A DNA stretch of 64,000 nt from Lacunisphaera sp. (GCA_035496355.1 DATJES010000038.1:4337-68336); one strand, 5' to 3'; shown: positions 46,679 to 56,796, counted from the first letter of the stretch. Notes: generated from the letters alone by a model not told the origin. Program-made: numbers and translations.

Positions 46679-46936
46679 CGCATGATGGCTCCGCCGAAAA
46701 CATTGGCGACGGGGCTCCCCCGCTGCCGGACACGTTCTCGAGCGACTCGGCTGGCGCGGGCGAATACGGCCCGATCGGCCGCACATTCGTCACCTCCGCA
46801 GAGTACAAATTCTGAGCCCAGCTTCGAACCTGTTTGATGCAGGTTTCCGGGCCGGCCCTTTGCTGGCGTGGCGCCGGTCGGGGCCGCCGTCACCGGGTTA
46901 AAATGGTGGTTGCGACCGGTGGCGAAGTGATCCCAC

Positions 46937-48145
46937 ATGCGCTGCGGTCCTGTCGTGAACTTGAGCCTGAGCAGTCTGAGTTCGTTTTTTGGATGTTCGA
47001 CTCCCCGCGGACGGCGGACCCTGCAGGTCCAGCTGCTCCTGCTTCTTGGTCTGAGCACGCTCCTCTACATCGGTTTTCCCGGCACCCGCAAGTGGCAGCA
47101 ATTTGCCGAGGAAGAACACCTGCGGACGATCATTCGCGGATGGGACGGGCTCGCCTGGTATGTCTGGGTGGGCACCGCGCCGTTCATGCTGGTCCTGATC
47201 CATCGGTATCCGCTCACCGGCGGACGCATCCGGCAAAACCTTGGCGGCATCCTGCTGGGCAGCCTCACGCTCTACCTGGTCGCGGCCAACGTGCGCTTTC
47301 TCTGCCGGGTGCTGTCGGAGTTCTGGGGAGGGGCCAATCCCTCCGACCTCATCGCCCTCGATGCCTACCTCTACAACACATTCGGCCTGCTTCCGCTGGA
47401 CGTGCTCACGTATTGTGGCTTCTTCGCCGTGTCGTTCTCCGTCGATTACTACTTTCAGTACCGCCAAGATGCGGAGGAAGCGATGCGGCTGCAGCTCCGC
47501 GCCGCGAAGTTGCAGACGGACCTGACCAGGTCCGAGCTCGCCGCCCTGCGCGGGCAATTGCACCCGCACTTCCTGTTCAACAGCTTCAACGCGCTCGCCA
47601 CGCTCGTACGCCAGAAAAAAAACAGCGAGGCGGTGGAGATCATCGCCCAGCTCAGTGCGCTGCTCCGACTCGCGATCGAGCGGACCGGGCTGACCGAGAT
47701 TCCGCTGCATCAAGAGATGGATTTCATCGAGCGTTACCTGGCCATTGAGCGCGTGCGCTACGCGGAAAAGCTGCGCATCGAGCTCGCCGTGGACCCGGCC
47801 ACCTTGGACGCGCTCGTGCCCAACATCGTCCTGCAGCCGCTGGTGGAGAATGCCATCAAGCACGGTATTTCCAGACGGACCACCCCCGGGACCGTCCGCC
47901 TGGCGTCGTCGGCGGCGGGCGGACGACTGCGGATCATGATCAGCAACGACCGGGCCGATGAGCCCGCCGCCGGCGCGGTGGATCGCAGCGCGAGCACGGG
48001 CATCGGGCTGGCCAATACACGAGCGCAGCTGGAAAAGCTGTACGGCGTTGATTACCGGCTCGAGTTCTTGCCCGACCCGGGCGGCATAACTACCGTTGCG
48101 CTGGATTTGCCTTTGCGTATGGTGGCTCCGATGCAGACGCCGTGA
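46937..48145 (+). CDS. LytS/YehU-type sensor histidine kinase
   Basis: Multi-TM N-terminus. H-box LRGQLHPHFLFNSFNALATLV (His_kinase family). N-box LQPLVENAIKHGI. G-box TGIGLANTRAQLEKLYG. Confidence 0.85.
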   Translation: MRCGPVVNLSLSSLSSFFGCSTPRGRRTLQVQLLLLLGLSTLLYIGFPGTRKWQQFAEEEHLRTIIRGWDGLAWYVWVGTAPFMLVLIHRYPLTGGRIRQNLGGILLGSLTLYLVAANVRFLCRVLSEFWGGANPSDLIALDAYLYNTFGLLPLDVLTYCGFFAVSFSVDYYFQYRQDAEEAMRLQLRAAKLQTDLTRSELAALRGQLHPHFLFNSFNALATLVRQKKNSEAVEIIAQLSALLRLAIERTGLTEIPLHQEMDFIERYLAIERVRYAEKLRIELAVDPATLDALVPNIVLQPLVENAIKHGISRRTTPGTVRLASSAAGGRLRIMISNDRADEPAAGAVDRSASTGIGLANTRAQLEKLYGVDYRLEFLPDPGGITTVALDLPLRMVAPMQTP

Positions 48146-48981
48146 ATCAGCCCATCCGCACACTGGTTGTCGACGATGAGCCGCTGGCTCGCGAGGGTAT
48201 CCTCACGTTGCTGGCCCAGGACCCCGAGATCGAGGTGATCGGCAGCTGTGCGGATGGACAGACCGCGCTGACTGCGATTCGCAACCAACGCCCGGATCTG
48301 GTGTTTCTCGACGTGCAGATGCCCAAGCGCACGGGGTTCGAAGTAATCGGCGAGCTCAAGCCCGCCGAGCGCCCGGCCGTGGTCTTTGTCACCGCGTACG
48401 ACCAATATGCGATTCAGGCATTCGAAAACTGCGCGGTCGACTACCTCTTGAAGCCTTTTCGCGATTCCCGTTTCGCCGGCGCGCTCGCCCGGGCCAAGGC
48501 CGAAATCCGCCGCCAGCGGGTGGTTGGCATGGGTGAGACGATGGAACACCTCCTCGCGTGCGTGCAGGCGATGGTGCGGACAGGCGCGAGCCCGGCGGAA
48601 GCCCCGGCGAGCGTCGCGCCGACCGCGCCCTCCGACCGGGTGGTCATCAAGGCTGGCAGCGACCTGCACTTCATCAAGACAGCCGAAATCGTCTGGGTCG
48701 AAGCCCAGGCCGACTTCGTCCGGGTCCACACCACCGGTACCGCGCAGTTGGTGCGGGAGACCCTGCAAAGCTTTGAGCGGCGGGTTGACCCGGCCAAGTT
48801 TCTCCGGATCCACCGATCCTCCCTGGTGAATCTCGACCATGTGAAGAAGGTCACCCCCGCTCTTTACGGCGATTACATCGTCCTCATGAGCGACGACACC
48901 AAGCTGCGCCTGAGTCGAAAAAACCGGGGCCGGCTCAAGCAGATCATCGCGCGGCTTTCTGCGTCCGGGGAATTAGACTGA
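48142..48981 (+). CDS. LytR/AlgR-family response regulator (receiver plus LytTR)
   Basis: GTG 48142 overlaps the kinase stop (GTGA). Receiver TLVVDDEPLAREG ... DLVFLDVQMP. LytTR domain FIKTAEIVWVEAQADFVRVHT ... FLRIHRSSLVNLDHV. Confidence 0.9.
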   Translation: MNQPIRTLVVDDEPLAREGILTLLAQDPEIEVIGSCADGQTALTAIRNQRPDLVFLDVQMPKRTGFEVIGELKPAERPAVVFVTAYDQYAIQAFENCAVDYLLKPFRDSRFAGALARAKAEIRRQRVVGMGETMEHLLACVQAMVRTGASPAEAPASVAPTAPSDRVVIKAGSDLHFIKTAEIVWVEAQADFVRVHTTGTAQLVRETLQSFERRVDPAKFLRIHRSSLVNLDHVKKVTPALYGDYIVLMSDDTKLRLSRKNRGRLKQIIARLSASGELD

Positions 48982-49042
48982 GCGGATTGGTGGTCCGACT
49001 CGTCGCGATGGCGCCTCGGCCGCGATGGCCGTCAAAAACGCG

Positions 49043-49054
49043 GAAAATAGCCGT
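49043..49054 (+). promoter_or_regulatory. second copy of the GAAAATAGCCGT motif, upstream of TBDR2
   Basis: Exact 12-mer match to 42850-42861. Here it lies about 135 nt upstream of the ATG, versus about 40 nt for TBDR1. Confidence 0.3.
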
Positions 49055-49170
49055 GCCGTTCGTCGTAGTTTTGGCGCCATCCATTCGGAGAAGGCTGCAC
49101 TTCATCGATATGCTGTTGCTGCGGATTATGACACAAGTAGGCAGGCCGCAAATACGGCAACGTATTTAAC

Positions 49171-49209
49171 ACAACACACCTAAGAACTATGAACAATAGC
49201 TCCGTAAGT
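49171..49209 (+). promoter_or_regulatory. CA-rich leader plus the conserved 31-nt translation-start block (copy 2)
   Basis: ACAACACA followed by CCTAAGAACTATGAACAATAGCTCCGTAAGT, identical to copy 1. Confidence 0.5.
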
Positions 49210-52200
49210 AATCTGCGGAGGCCTTTGGCGCTGCTTGGCGTCGGGCTCTCCCTGATCGCGGCTCAGGCCGCTTTTGCCCAGCAGAAGACCGACCCCAGCG
49301 AAGAGCAGCCGGTGAAGCTGGAAAAGTTTGTCGTCACAGGCTCCAACATTCCCATGACCGAAACCGCGGTCGAGGCGGGCATGTTCCCCGTTGCGGTCAT
49401 CGACCGCACCGCGATCGACCAGACCGGCTACACGACGGCGGCGGACCTGCTGCAAAAGATCACGGTCTCGAACGGCGGATCGGTGCCGCTTTCGAACAAC
49501 GCCACCGGTTTCACCCCGTCCGCCGCATCGACGTCGGTCCACGGACTCGGGCCGGAAGCAACGCTCGTCCTGATCAACGGACACCGGGTGACGACCTATC
49601 CGATCGGCACGGGCGGCACCACCGCCTTCGTCGACTTGAACACCATTCCATTGTCCATGGTGGAACGGGTCGAAGTCCTGAAGGACGGCGCCTCCGCCAA
49701 TTACGGCGCTGATGCCGTCGCGGGCGTCGTGAACATCATCCTGCGCTCAAACTACGAGGGCACCGAGGTCAACGTCGGTTACGGCAACACGACCACCCGG
49801 GACTCGTCGGAATTCACGAGCAGCATCACGACCGGCGTAAGCAACGACAAGGGGCACATGACGGTCGGCTTCAACTTCTCCAGCCGCGATGGCATTGCCA
49901 ACCGCGACCGTTCTTATTCGGCCGTTCCGCCCTTCCTGAGTTCGAACGCCTCCCCGATCAACGCCCAGATCAGCCAGCTGGCCTACGACGAGGCGCTCGG
50001 GCTTGCGCCCGGCACGCCCGCGCCGGGTTCGGCCGCCAGCAAGATTGTCTTCTTCGGCACGCCCGGTCTCTTCAAGTCGGGGACCAACAAGACCGATCCC
50101 AACGGCAACCTCGATACCACCGCGACCAACGACGGTCACGTGGCGCCCGGCCAGTGGATTTATTCCAGCGGCCGCAGTTCGGCGACCAACTACAACCAAT
50201 GGTCGGACTCCTATCCGCCGTCGGTCCGCTATGGCGTGCTGGTGAACGGTGACCGGAAGATTTTCGGCACCGACAACATCAAGTTCTACTACGATGGTTC
50301 CTTCCAGCGGAACTACGAGGAAAACACCCTCGCGCCGTCCGCCACCGGCAGCTTCCTGACCCCGGGTCAGACCACCTTGATCATCCCGGCCCGCACGGCC
50401 AACCCGATCCTGACCATCAGCAAGAGCGGCGTCATCCAGCAGGTTGCCGCAGGCACGCCGCTACCCGCCGGATGGGCCCCGAGCGTGGGCACGGTCGTGG
50501 ATGTCAACGGTCTGGTACAGCGCGAGGCTCCGGCCGGCGCCTACAATCCGAACAACCCGTTCAACCAGGACATCACCGACGGCACCCGTTTCCGCCTCGC
50601 CGACTTCGGCAATCGCGTCTTCCGCGACACCAACGATGCGTTCATGGCGTCGGTGGGAATCAAGGCCGACAACTTCCTCGGAAACTGGAGCGCCGACATG
50701 GGTTTCCGCTACAGCCAGGTGGCCCTGCACACGGACGACAGCCTCGTTTCGACTTCCCGGTTCAACAAGGTGTTGAACCAGAATGATCCGATCTTCAATC
50801 CTTCGAGCGCCAGCTACATTGGCACCGGCACCGCCTACAATCCATTCGGCTATTTTGGCGTGCCCATCGCCGCCAACAGCGGCGTCGTTACCTATGCGAC
50901 CTCGCGCGTCAAGGACTTCGATGTCTCCTCGCTCGGCAACGTCTGGCTCGGCGTGAGCAATCCCAGCATCTATACGCTGCCGGCTGGCGACATGGGTGTC
51001 GCCGCGGGCGTCGACTATCGCGACGAACAGCTGACGCAATCGCCCGACTCGCTGAACCAGCTCGGCGACACCATCGGTAGTTCGCCCGCCACGCCGACCA
51101 ACGCCCGCCGCAAGATCGTAGCGTACTACGCCGAGGCGAATCTCCCGCTGGTCGCCCCGAAACAGAACATTCCGGGCTTCCACGAGCTGAGCATGAATCT
51201 GGCCGCCCGTTACGAAGACTTCGTGACGAGCAAGATCACCCAGACTGTGCCCAAGGTCGGCCTGCACTGGCAGCCGATCGACGACACCTTCGTCATCCGC
51301 GCCTCGTACGGCAAGGGCATCCGGCAGCCGTCGCTCTATGAGCTTTATTCCGGCAACACCGCGGGCCTCCAAAACCTGTCCGATCCGCGCACCGGCGCGG
51401 TGATTCAGGAGACACCGACCATCGTGGGCAGCAACCGTCTGCTCCGCCCGGAGAAGACCAAGTCGCTCACGATTGGCGCGGTTTGGACCCCGAAATTCAC
51501 CGCCCTCAACGGCTTCACCGTCTCGCTCGATTTGTGGCGGGTGGAGCGCGACGGCACGGTCGCATCCGACCTGCAGAACACGCTGGACCGCTGGTTTGGC
51601 ACCGCCCCCGGCGGCAAGCAGCCGGGTGAATCCGTGTTGCTGGATCCCGCCGGCAACATTGTGCAGGTCATTGCTCCCTTCGTGAATTCGGGCAAGACGA
51701 CCGCCAAGGGCTTCGATGCCAGCGCCAGCTATTTGCTCAAAACGCAGAGCGCCGGCCGGTTCGACTTCCAGGTCGCGACCAGCTACCTGGATTCCTTCAA
51801 GTACGCTTCGCTGCCCGGCATCCCGCAGACGGAGTATGCCGGCTATGACACCACCGCCGGCATCGATTCCTCGACCGGCGCGATCGTCAACCCCGGCACC
51901 GGCAACGACGGGTACATCAAGTGGAAGACCCGGGCGACGGTCGAATGGACCTACAAGGGCTATGGTGCCAACGTGACGGGCAACTTCACTGACGGGTTCA
52001 AGGATATCGATCTGAACGGCGACCCGTATGATGTGAAGTCCACCTGGACCTACGATGCCCAGATCACGTACCAGCTGCACGGCGAGCTTGGTTCCTACCT
52101 ACGGGACATCAAGTTGACGGTCGGCTGCCTCAACGTGTTCGACAAGAATCCGCCGACTTCATTTGGCGGCGGCAACAACTCGACGGGTTATCCGGGCTTC

Positions 52201-52254
52201 CTCTACAGCTCCGTCGGCCGCTTCGTCTACGGCTCACTCAGCAAGAAATTCTGA
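49189..52254 (+). CDS. TonB-dependent outer-membrane receptor (TBDR2)
   Basis: MNNSSVSNLRRPLALLGVGLSLIAAQAAFAQ signal. Plug (KLEKFVVTGS, RVEVLKDGASANYGADAVAGVVNIILR). Barrel ending SLSKKF. Confidence 0.9.
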   Translation: MNNSSVSNLRRPLALLGVGLSLIAAQAAFAQQKTDPSEEQPVKLEKFVVTGSNIPMTETAVEAGMFPVAVIDRTAIDQTGYTTAADLLQKITVSNGGSVPLSNNATGFTPSAASTSVHGLGPEATLVLINGHRVTTYPIGTGGTTAFVDLNTIPLSMVERVEVLKDGASANYGADAVAGVVNIILRSNYEGTEVNVGYGNTTTRDSSEFTSSITTGVSNDKGHMTVGFNFSSRDGIANRDRSYSAVPPFLSSNASPINAQISQLAYDEALGLAPGTPAPGSAASKIVFFGTPGLFKSGTNKTDPNGNLDTTATNDGHVAPGQWIYSSGRSSATNYNQWSDSYPPSVRYGVLVNGDRKIFGTDNIKFYYDGSFQRNYEENTLAPSATGSFLTPGQTTLIIPARTANPILTISKSGVIQQVAAGTPLPAGWAPSVGTVVDVNGLVQREAPAGAYNPNNPFNQDITDGTRFRLADFGNRVFRDTNDAFMASVGIKADNFLGNWSADMGFRYSQVALHTDDSLVSTSRFNKVLNQNDPIFNPSSASYIGTGTAYNPFGYFGVPIAANSGVVTYATSRVKDFDVSSLGNVWLGVSNPSIYTLPAGDMGVAAGVDYRDEQLTQSPDSLNQLGDTIGSSPATPTNARRKIVAYYAEANLPLVAPKQNIPGFHELSMNLAARYEDFVTSKITQTVPKVGLHWQPIDDTFVIRASYGKGIRQPSLYELYSGNTAGLQNLSDPRTGAVIQETPTIVGSNRLLRPEKTKSLTIGAVWTPKFTALNGFTVSLDLWRVERDGTVASDLQNTLDRWFGTAPGGKQPGESVLLDPAGNIVQVIAPFVNSGKTTAKGFDASASYLLKTQSAGRFDFQVATSYLDSFKYASLPGIPQTEYAGYDTTAGIDSSTGAIVNPGTGNDGYIKWKTRATVEWTYKGYGANVTGNFTDGFKDIDLNGDPYDVKSTWTYDAQITYQLHGELGSYLRDIKLTVGCLNVFDKNPPTSFGGGNNSTGYPGFLYSSVGRFVYGSLSKKF

Positions 52255-52283
52255 TTCCAGAATCCAATTGCAGCTTTGACCTC

Positions 52284-52309
52284 AGCGCCCCCGCAAGGGG
52301 GCGCTTTTT
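52284..52309 (+). terminator. rho-independent terminator after TBDR2
   Basis: AGCGCCCCC-GCAA-GGGGGCGCT followed by TTTT. Confidence 0.8.
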
Positions 52310-52369
52310 CCTGCCCGGAGCTCATGACCCGCCCCGGGCCCGGCAACGCCGGTGGCCTCGCCTCCGATC

Positions 52370-54325
52370 ATGATACGAATCCATCTCCGAGTGTTCGCCA
52401 TCGGCTTCGCGCTGATCACGGCGGCGGTCGCAGCCACCGACCGGGTTCCCATCGACGCGTTCTTCGGCCTCCCCGGCATTCGCCAGCCGCGCCTTTCGCC
52501 TGACGGACGCAAAATCGCCTTCTTGTTCCCGAAGGACGGGCGCCTGGCTCTCGGACTCTTCGATCGCCTGAGCAACGAGGCGCACCTGGTCGTCGAAGGC
52601 ACGGATGACAACATCACCGGGTTCTTCTGGAAGGGCGATGACCGGCTGGTCTTCGGCGGCGACGTCAACGGCAGCGAATCCAATTTCATCGGCGTGACGG
52701 ACCTTGCCGGAAAGCGGATTTTGCGCCTCGCGGAGTCGGCCCGACGCACGGACGGCACGATCTACGGGAGCACGGCGGGCATCGTCAGCGAGTTGCGGGG
52801 CGACCCGGAACACATCCTCATGCAGGGCTTTTTCGTGGGCGATGTCGACCATGCCCAGTTCATCGGCTCGGACGAAACGGTCGAGCGCATCGATCTGCGC
52901 ACCAAGGCTCGCTCCCAACTGCTCAATCTTTCGCCGGACAATGACCTTTTCTATCGCCAGGTGCTGGCGGACAACGCCGGCGTCGTGCGGCTGGCCGAGC
53001 GCCAACGGGAGCACGAGATCGTCTTTCAACTGCGCGACGACAACAAGGGATCCTTTGAGAACGTCGCGCGGTTTCCGGTGAACGGCTATGCGGAAACCTG
53101 GCAGCCACTCGGGTTTTCCGGCGACAACCGCACCCTCTACCTGATCTCCCGCGAGGAGCACGACCGGGGCGCGCTCTATGCCTACAACACGACCACCCGG
53201 ACCCGCGGGGCGGCGATCTTCGAACCACCGGAGGGCGAGATCGAGGACGTGGTGATGAATTATGATCGCAGCCGCCTGTTGGGCGTGGCTTACGTGTCCG
53301 ACCGCCTGCATTACCACTGGTTTGACCCGGAGCGGGGCTCGCTGCAGGCCAAGCTGGAAAACACCTTCAAAGACATGGAGTGCCGCATCGTCAGCAGCTC
53401 AGCCGACGAAAACGTGCATCTCGTCAGTGTCCGCAGTGATCGCGATCCCGGCACTTACTACATTCTCGACCTCAAGCATCCTGCCCTGATCGCCTTCAAG
53501 CACGTCCGCGATCGCATCGATCCGCGGCAGATGCAGCCGATGCAAGCCATCACCTTTCAGGCCCGCGATGGGTTGCTCCTGCATGGCTATCTGACGCTTC
53601 CGGCCGGCCGCGAGGGCGGGCGCGTGCCCCTGATCATCCATCCCCACGGCGGGCCCTTTGGCGTGCGCGACGAATGGGGATTCGACCCCGAGGTGCAGTT
53701 TCTCGCGAACCGCGGGTATGCCGTGCTGCAGGTCAACTACCGCGGCTCGGGCGGCTACGGGCGCGATTTCCTGGAGAAGGGGCGCTATCAGTGGGGCCGC
53801 GCCATGCAGGACGATTTGTCCGACGGCGTGAAATGGGCGGTCGCCGCCGGCATCGCGGACCCGCGGCGCGTGGCCATCTACGGTGCGAGTTACGGCGGCT
53901 ATGCCGCGCTGGCCGGCGTCACCCTCACGCCGGACCTGTATTGCTGTGCGGTCAACTACGTGGGGGCGTCCGACCTGACCATCACCTTCAAGAACAAGGG
54001 CGACGATGCCTTCCTGACCAATCGCGACTTTAGTTATCAAAAGGAGTGGGTCGGCAAAACCGAAGTGGAACTGGAGGAGAGGTCCCCGGTGAACCTCGTC
54101 GGGCGCATCCGCGTGCCGACGCTTCACGCCTATGGCGAAAACGATCCACGGGTGAAGTTCGACCATTGGCGCCGTTTGGAGGCGCAGCTCAAGAGGTTCA
54201 AAAAGCCCTATGTCGGAATCATCGAGGAGAACCAGGGCCACGGCTTTCGCAACGAAGAGGCCTCCCTCCGGTTTTACCGTGAAATGGAGAAGTTTCTCGC
54301 CACCAACCTCGCGCCGCCGCCATGA
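52370..54325 (+). CDS. S9-family serine peptidase (prolyl oligopeptidase / DPP-like), secreted (S9a)
   Basis: Start trimmed to ATG 52370 (signal MIRIHLRVFAIGFALITAAVAA). N-terminal propeller region (LSPDGRKIAFLF). Catalytic domain with the nucleophile elbow IYGASYGGY. C-terminal GENDPRV ... QGHGF (Asp/His). Confidence 0.85.
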   Translation: MIRIHLRVFAIGFALITAAVAATDRVPIDAFFGLPGIRQPRLSPDGRKIAFLFPKDGRLALGLFDRLSNEAHLVVEGTDDNITGFFWKGDDRLVFGGDVNGSESNFIGVTDLAGKRILRLAESARRTDGTIYGSTAGIVSELRGDPEHILMQGFFVGDVDHAQFIGSDETVERIDLRTKARSQLLNLSPDNDLFYRQVLADNAGVVRLAERQREHEIVFQLRDDNKGSFENVARFPVNGYAETWQPLGFSGDNRTLYLISREEHDRGALYAYNTTTRTRGAAIFEPPEGEIEDVVMNYDRSRLLGVAYVSDRLHYHWFDPERGSLQAKLENTFKDMECRIVSSSADENVHLVSVRSDRDPGTYYILDLKHPALIAFKHVRDRIDPRQMQPMQAITFQARDGLLLHGYLTLPAGREGGRVPLIIHPHGGPFGVRDEWGFDPEVQFLANRGYAVLQVNYRGSGGYGRDFLEKGRYQWGRAMQDDLSDGVKWAVAAGIADPRRVAIYGASYGGYAALAGVTLTPDLYCCAVNYVGASDLTITFKNKGDDAFLTNRDFSYQKEWVGKTEVELEERSPVNLVGRIRVPTLHAYGENDPRVKFDHWRRLEAQLKRFKKPYVGIIEENQGHGFRNEEASLRFYREMEKFLATNLAPPP

Positions 54326-54427
54326 GCAGCCAACCCGGTCCGGTCACCGGCGCATCGGTGACGGTCGCGCGGCAAACGCGAACCACCAACCGCTGGGCGG
54401 TGCCACCGCTTCCGGATTGCCTGGCTT

Positions 54428-56335
54428 GTGTCTGATCTCCCGACAACCCGCCGCCGGCGCGGTGGAACGGCTTGGGGCGGCGGGCTCGCGATGCTCATCG
54501 GCGGTTGGGGTGCGCTGGCTTTGCTGGGAGCTTGGCTGGACGGAAGCCCGCCCCGCCGCCCCCCCGACAACCGGCCGATAGCGAGAACGAGGGGTGACTA
54601 TGTTTCGTCGAACGCCTGCCGGGCCTGCCATCCGGGCAACTACGCGAGCTGGCACGCCTCCTTCCATCGCACGATGACGCAGGTGGGTGTGCCGGCCGCG
54701 AGGCGTGGCGAACTGGCGGACCTGCGGCTCTCCCGGAATGGATGGGACTACGCGGTCGCGCGCCAGGGCCGCGCGTTTTTCGTTCGCCGCAAGCCGGCCG
54801 GGGCGCCGGTGTCCGCCTATGGCGATCCGCGGCAGCTCGTGCTCACCACCGGCTCGCACCATCTTCAGATCTTCTGGGAGGAAACCGGCACCGGGCGGAC
54901 GCTGGTGCAGTTCCCGTTTGCGTACATCGTGGCGACCGGGACGTGGGCTCCCGTCATCCAGACATTCCTCGCCCCGCCCGAATTCAAGAGCCTCTACGAT
55001 GTCGGCGAATGGAACGGTGCCTGCATGCAGTGTCACACCACCGCTCCCCTCGGGCGCTTTGTCGGCGGCGACCGCTTCGACTCCCAAGTCGCCGAATTCG
55101 GCATCAGCTGCGAGGCCTGCCACGGCGAAGGGGCTGAACACATCGCGCGCAATCGAAACCCGCTGCGCCGGTTTGCGCTCCATCTGGGCGGCCAGGCCGA
55201 TCCGACCATCGTCAATCCGGCCCGGCTCGACGCCTACGCGTCGACCCTGACCTGCGGCCAATGCCACAGCATTTCCGCCTTCGTCGACGTAAGTGACAAG
55301 ATCGCCTGGACCCAATTTGGCCGCAAATACCGGCCCGGGCAGGAGGAGCTGCCGCAGAAATTCGTCCTGCAGCCGAACACGGCGGACCATGCCGCCCAGA
55401 AGCAGGCGATCCTGCGGAACAATCCGCACTACTTCAGCGACCGTTTCTGGCCCGACGGCATGGTCCGGGTCACCGGCCGGGAGATGAACGCCGTGCTGGC
55501 CTCGCCGTGTTTCAAGGGCGGCCATTTCAGCTGCGTGAGCTGCCACGAGATGCACGCGCCAACGGCTGGCGACGCCGCGTTGCCAACGTGGGCCGACGGG
55601 CACCAGCTCGTGGCCCCGGACGACTCCAACGCCGCGTGCCTGCAGTGCCACCGGGAGATCGGCGCCAAATTGGCCGCCCATACCCACCATGCGGCGGGAT
55701 CGACGGGCAGCTCCTGCTACAACTGCCACATGCCGCACACCGCGTTCGGCTTGTTGCGCGCGATCCGCAGTCACCAGGTGTCATCGCCGTCGGTGCAGGA
55801 GACGCTGCAGCAGGGACGACCCAACGCCTGCAACCTTTGTCACCTCGACAAGCCGCTCGGCTGGACCGCGGAGAAACTGGCCGCGTGGTATGGCCGGCCG
55901 GCGCCGGCGCTGTCGGACGACGACCGGCGGATCGCCGCTGGCGTGCGGTGGCTCCTGCAGGGCAATGCGGGCGTGCGGGCGCTCACGTCCTGGAGCATGG
56001 GCTGGCAACCGGCGCAGCAGGCCTCCGGGCGTGACTGGCTATATCCCTACCTGTTCACCGGATTGAACGACCCCTATGCGGTCGTCCGGTTCATCGCCTG
56101 GCGGTCGCTGCGGACACTGCCGGGATACGGGGATTTCCCGTTCGACGACACGCAGGAAGGGGCGCACCTCGACGCCGCCGTACACGCCGGTTACGGGGAG
56201 TGGCGGCAGCGTGTCGTCGCGCCGGCGACCTTTCCCGCGAGCACCGGCCTCGCGCCCGACGGAGGATTCGAGGAGGATATTTTCCGGCGATTGCTGCACC
56301 AACGCGATCAGTCCCCGGTCTTTATCGTCGAATAG
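54428..56335 (+). CDS. multiheme (8 x CxxCH) c-type cytochrome with a C-terminal HEAT-like repeat region
   Basis: Motifs CRACH, CMQCH, CEACH, CGQCH, CVSCH, CLQCH, CYNCH and CNLCH (first at 54617, last at 55829-55843). The first motif context NACRACHPGNYASWHASFH is cytochrome-c554-family-like. The tail has DPYAVVRFIAWRSLRTL HEAT-like units. The start is GTG 54428 or ATG 54491. Confidence 0.8.
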   Translation: MSDLPTTRRRRGGTAWGGGLAMLIGGWGALALLGAWLDGSPPRRPPDNRPIARTRGDYVSSNACRACHPGNYASWHASFHRTMTQVGVPAARRGELADLRLSRNGWDYAVARQGRAFFVRRKPAGAPVSAYGDPRQLVLTTGSHHLQIFWEETGTGRTLVQFPFAYIVATGTWAPVIQTFLAPPEFKSLYDVGEWNGACMQCHTTAPLGRFVGGDRFDSQVAEFGISCEACHGEGAEHIARNRNPLRRFALHLGGQADPTIVNPARLDAYASTLTCGQCHSISAFVDVSDKIAWTQFGRKYRPGQEELPQKFVLQPNTADHAAQKQAILRNNPHYFSDRFWPDGMVRVTGREMNAVLASPCFKGGHFSCVSCHEMHAPTAGDAALPTWADGHQLVAPDDSNAACLQCHREIGAKLAAHTHHAAGSTGSSCYNCHMPHTAFGLLRAIRSHQVSSPSVQETLQQGRPNACNLCHLDKPLGWTAEKLAAWYGRPAPALSDDDRRIAAGVRWLLQGNAGVRALTSWSMGWQPAQQASGRDWLYPYLFTGLNDPYAVVRFIAWRSLRTLPGYGDFPFDDTQEGAHLDAAVHAGYGEWRQRVVAPATFPASTGLAPDGGFEEDIFRRLLHQRDQSPVFIVE

Positions 56336-56353
56336 CCCAAAATCCGTTCACCC

Positions 56354-56779
56354 ATGCGCCAATCCAATTCTCATCTTCGCTTCGGCTGGTGGTCGCTGCT
56401 GGCCTATCTCTCCCTCGGACTCGCGTTGGACCTGTTGCACGGCTTCAAGCTTGGCTGGTATTTGGACGCAGGCAACGAGGTGCGCCGGCTGATGCTGACG
56501 CTGGCGCACGCGCACGGCACGCTGGTCGGCCTGGTCAACGTCATCGCCGGATTGACGCTGCGGACCCTCCCGGGCCTCCGGTTCTCGCGGTCGGCTTCAT
56601 TGGCACTGCGAAGCGCGGGCGTGGTCTTGCCGCTCGGTTTCCTGTGCGGGGCATTCCGTATTCATGGCGGCGACCCCGGTGTGGCGGTGTTTCTCGTCCC
56701 GCTGGGTGCGCTCCTCCTGATTTACGGCGTCGGTGGCGCGATGCGCGCCGTCGTCGCCGCCACCCAGGAGGAATCCTGA
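56354..56779 (+). CDS. 4-TM membrane protein with a conserved His cluster, unknown function
   Basis: 141 aa, 18 nt after the cytochrome gene. Four hydrophobic helices. HGF and LAHAHGTLVGL motifs lie at helix ends. Confidence 0.6.
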   Translation: MRQSNSHLRFGWWSLLAYLSLGLALDLLHGFKLGWYLDAGNEVRRLMLTLAHAHGTLVGLVNVIAGLTLRTLPGLRFSRSASLALRSAGVVLPLGFLCGAFRIHGGDPGVAVFLVPLGALLLIYGVGGAMRAVVAATQEES

Positions 56780-56796
56780 CGATCAGCGCCAGAGCG

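Noticed and set aside
46675-46815. 46-codon ORF (MTHDGSAENIGDG...) starting at the ATGA overlap after the kinase remnant, considered as a response-regulator remnant
   Set aside because: It has no similarity to the receiver domain of the intact LytTR regulator. It is most likely non-coding sequence.
48987-49169. 60-aa ORF in the TBDR2 upstream region
   Set aside because: It lies in an AT-richer intergenic or leader region, has an odd composition and no start context. It is better explained as promoter or 5' UTR.
42901-52254. SusC/SusD-type polysaccharide utilisation locus
   Set aside because: Neither receptor gene is followed by a SusD-like lipoprotein gene. The downstream genes are a terminator plus a small secreted protein, and an S9 peptidase. 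No glycoside hydrolases lie adjacent to the receptors.
54428-54490. Twin-arginine (Tat) signal in the cytochrome N-terminus (TTRRRRGG)
   Set aside because: The Arg run lies in an optional N-terminal extension from a GTG start. c-type cytochromes are normally Sec-exported, and the downstream ATG 54491 gives an ordinary hydrophobic signal/anchor. This stays unresolved rather than claimed.
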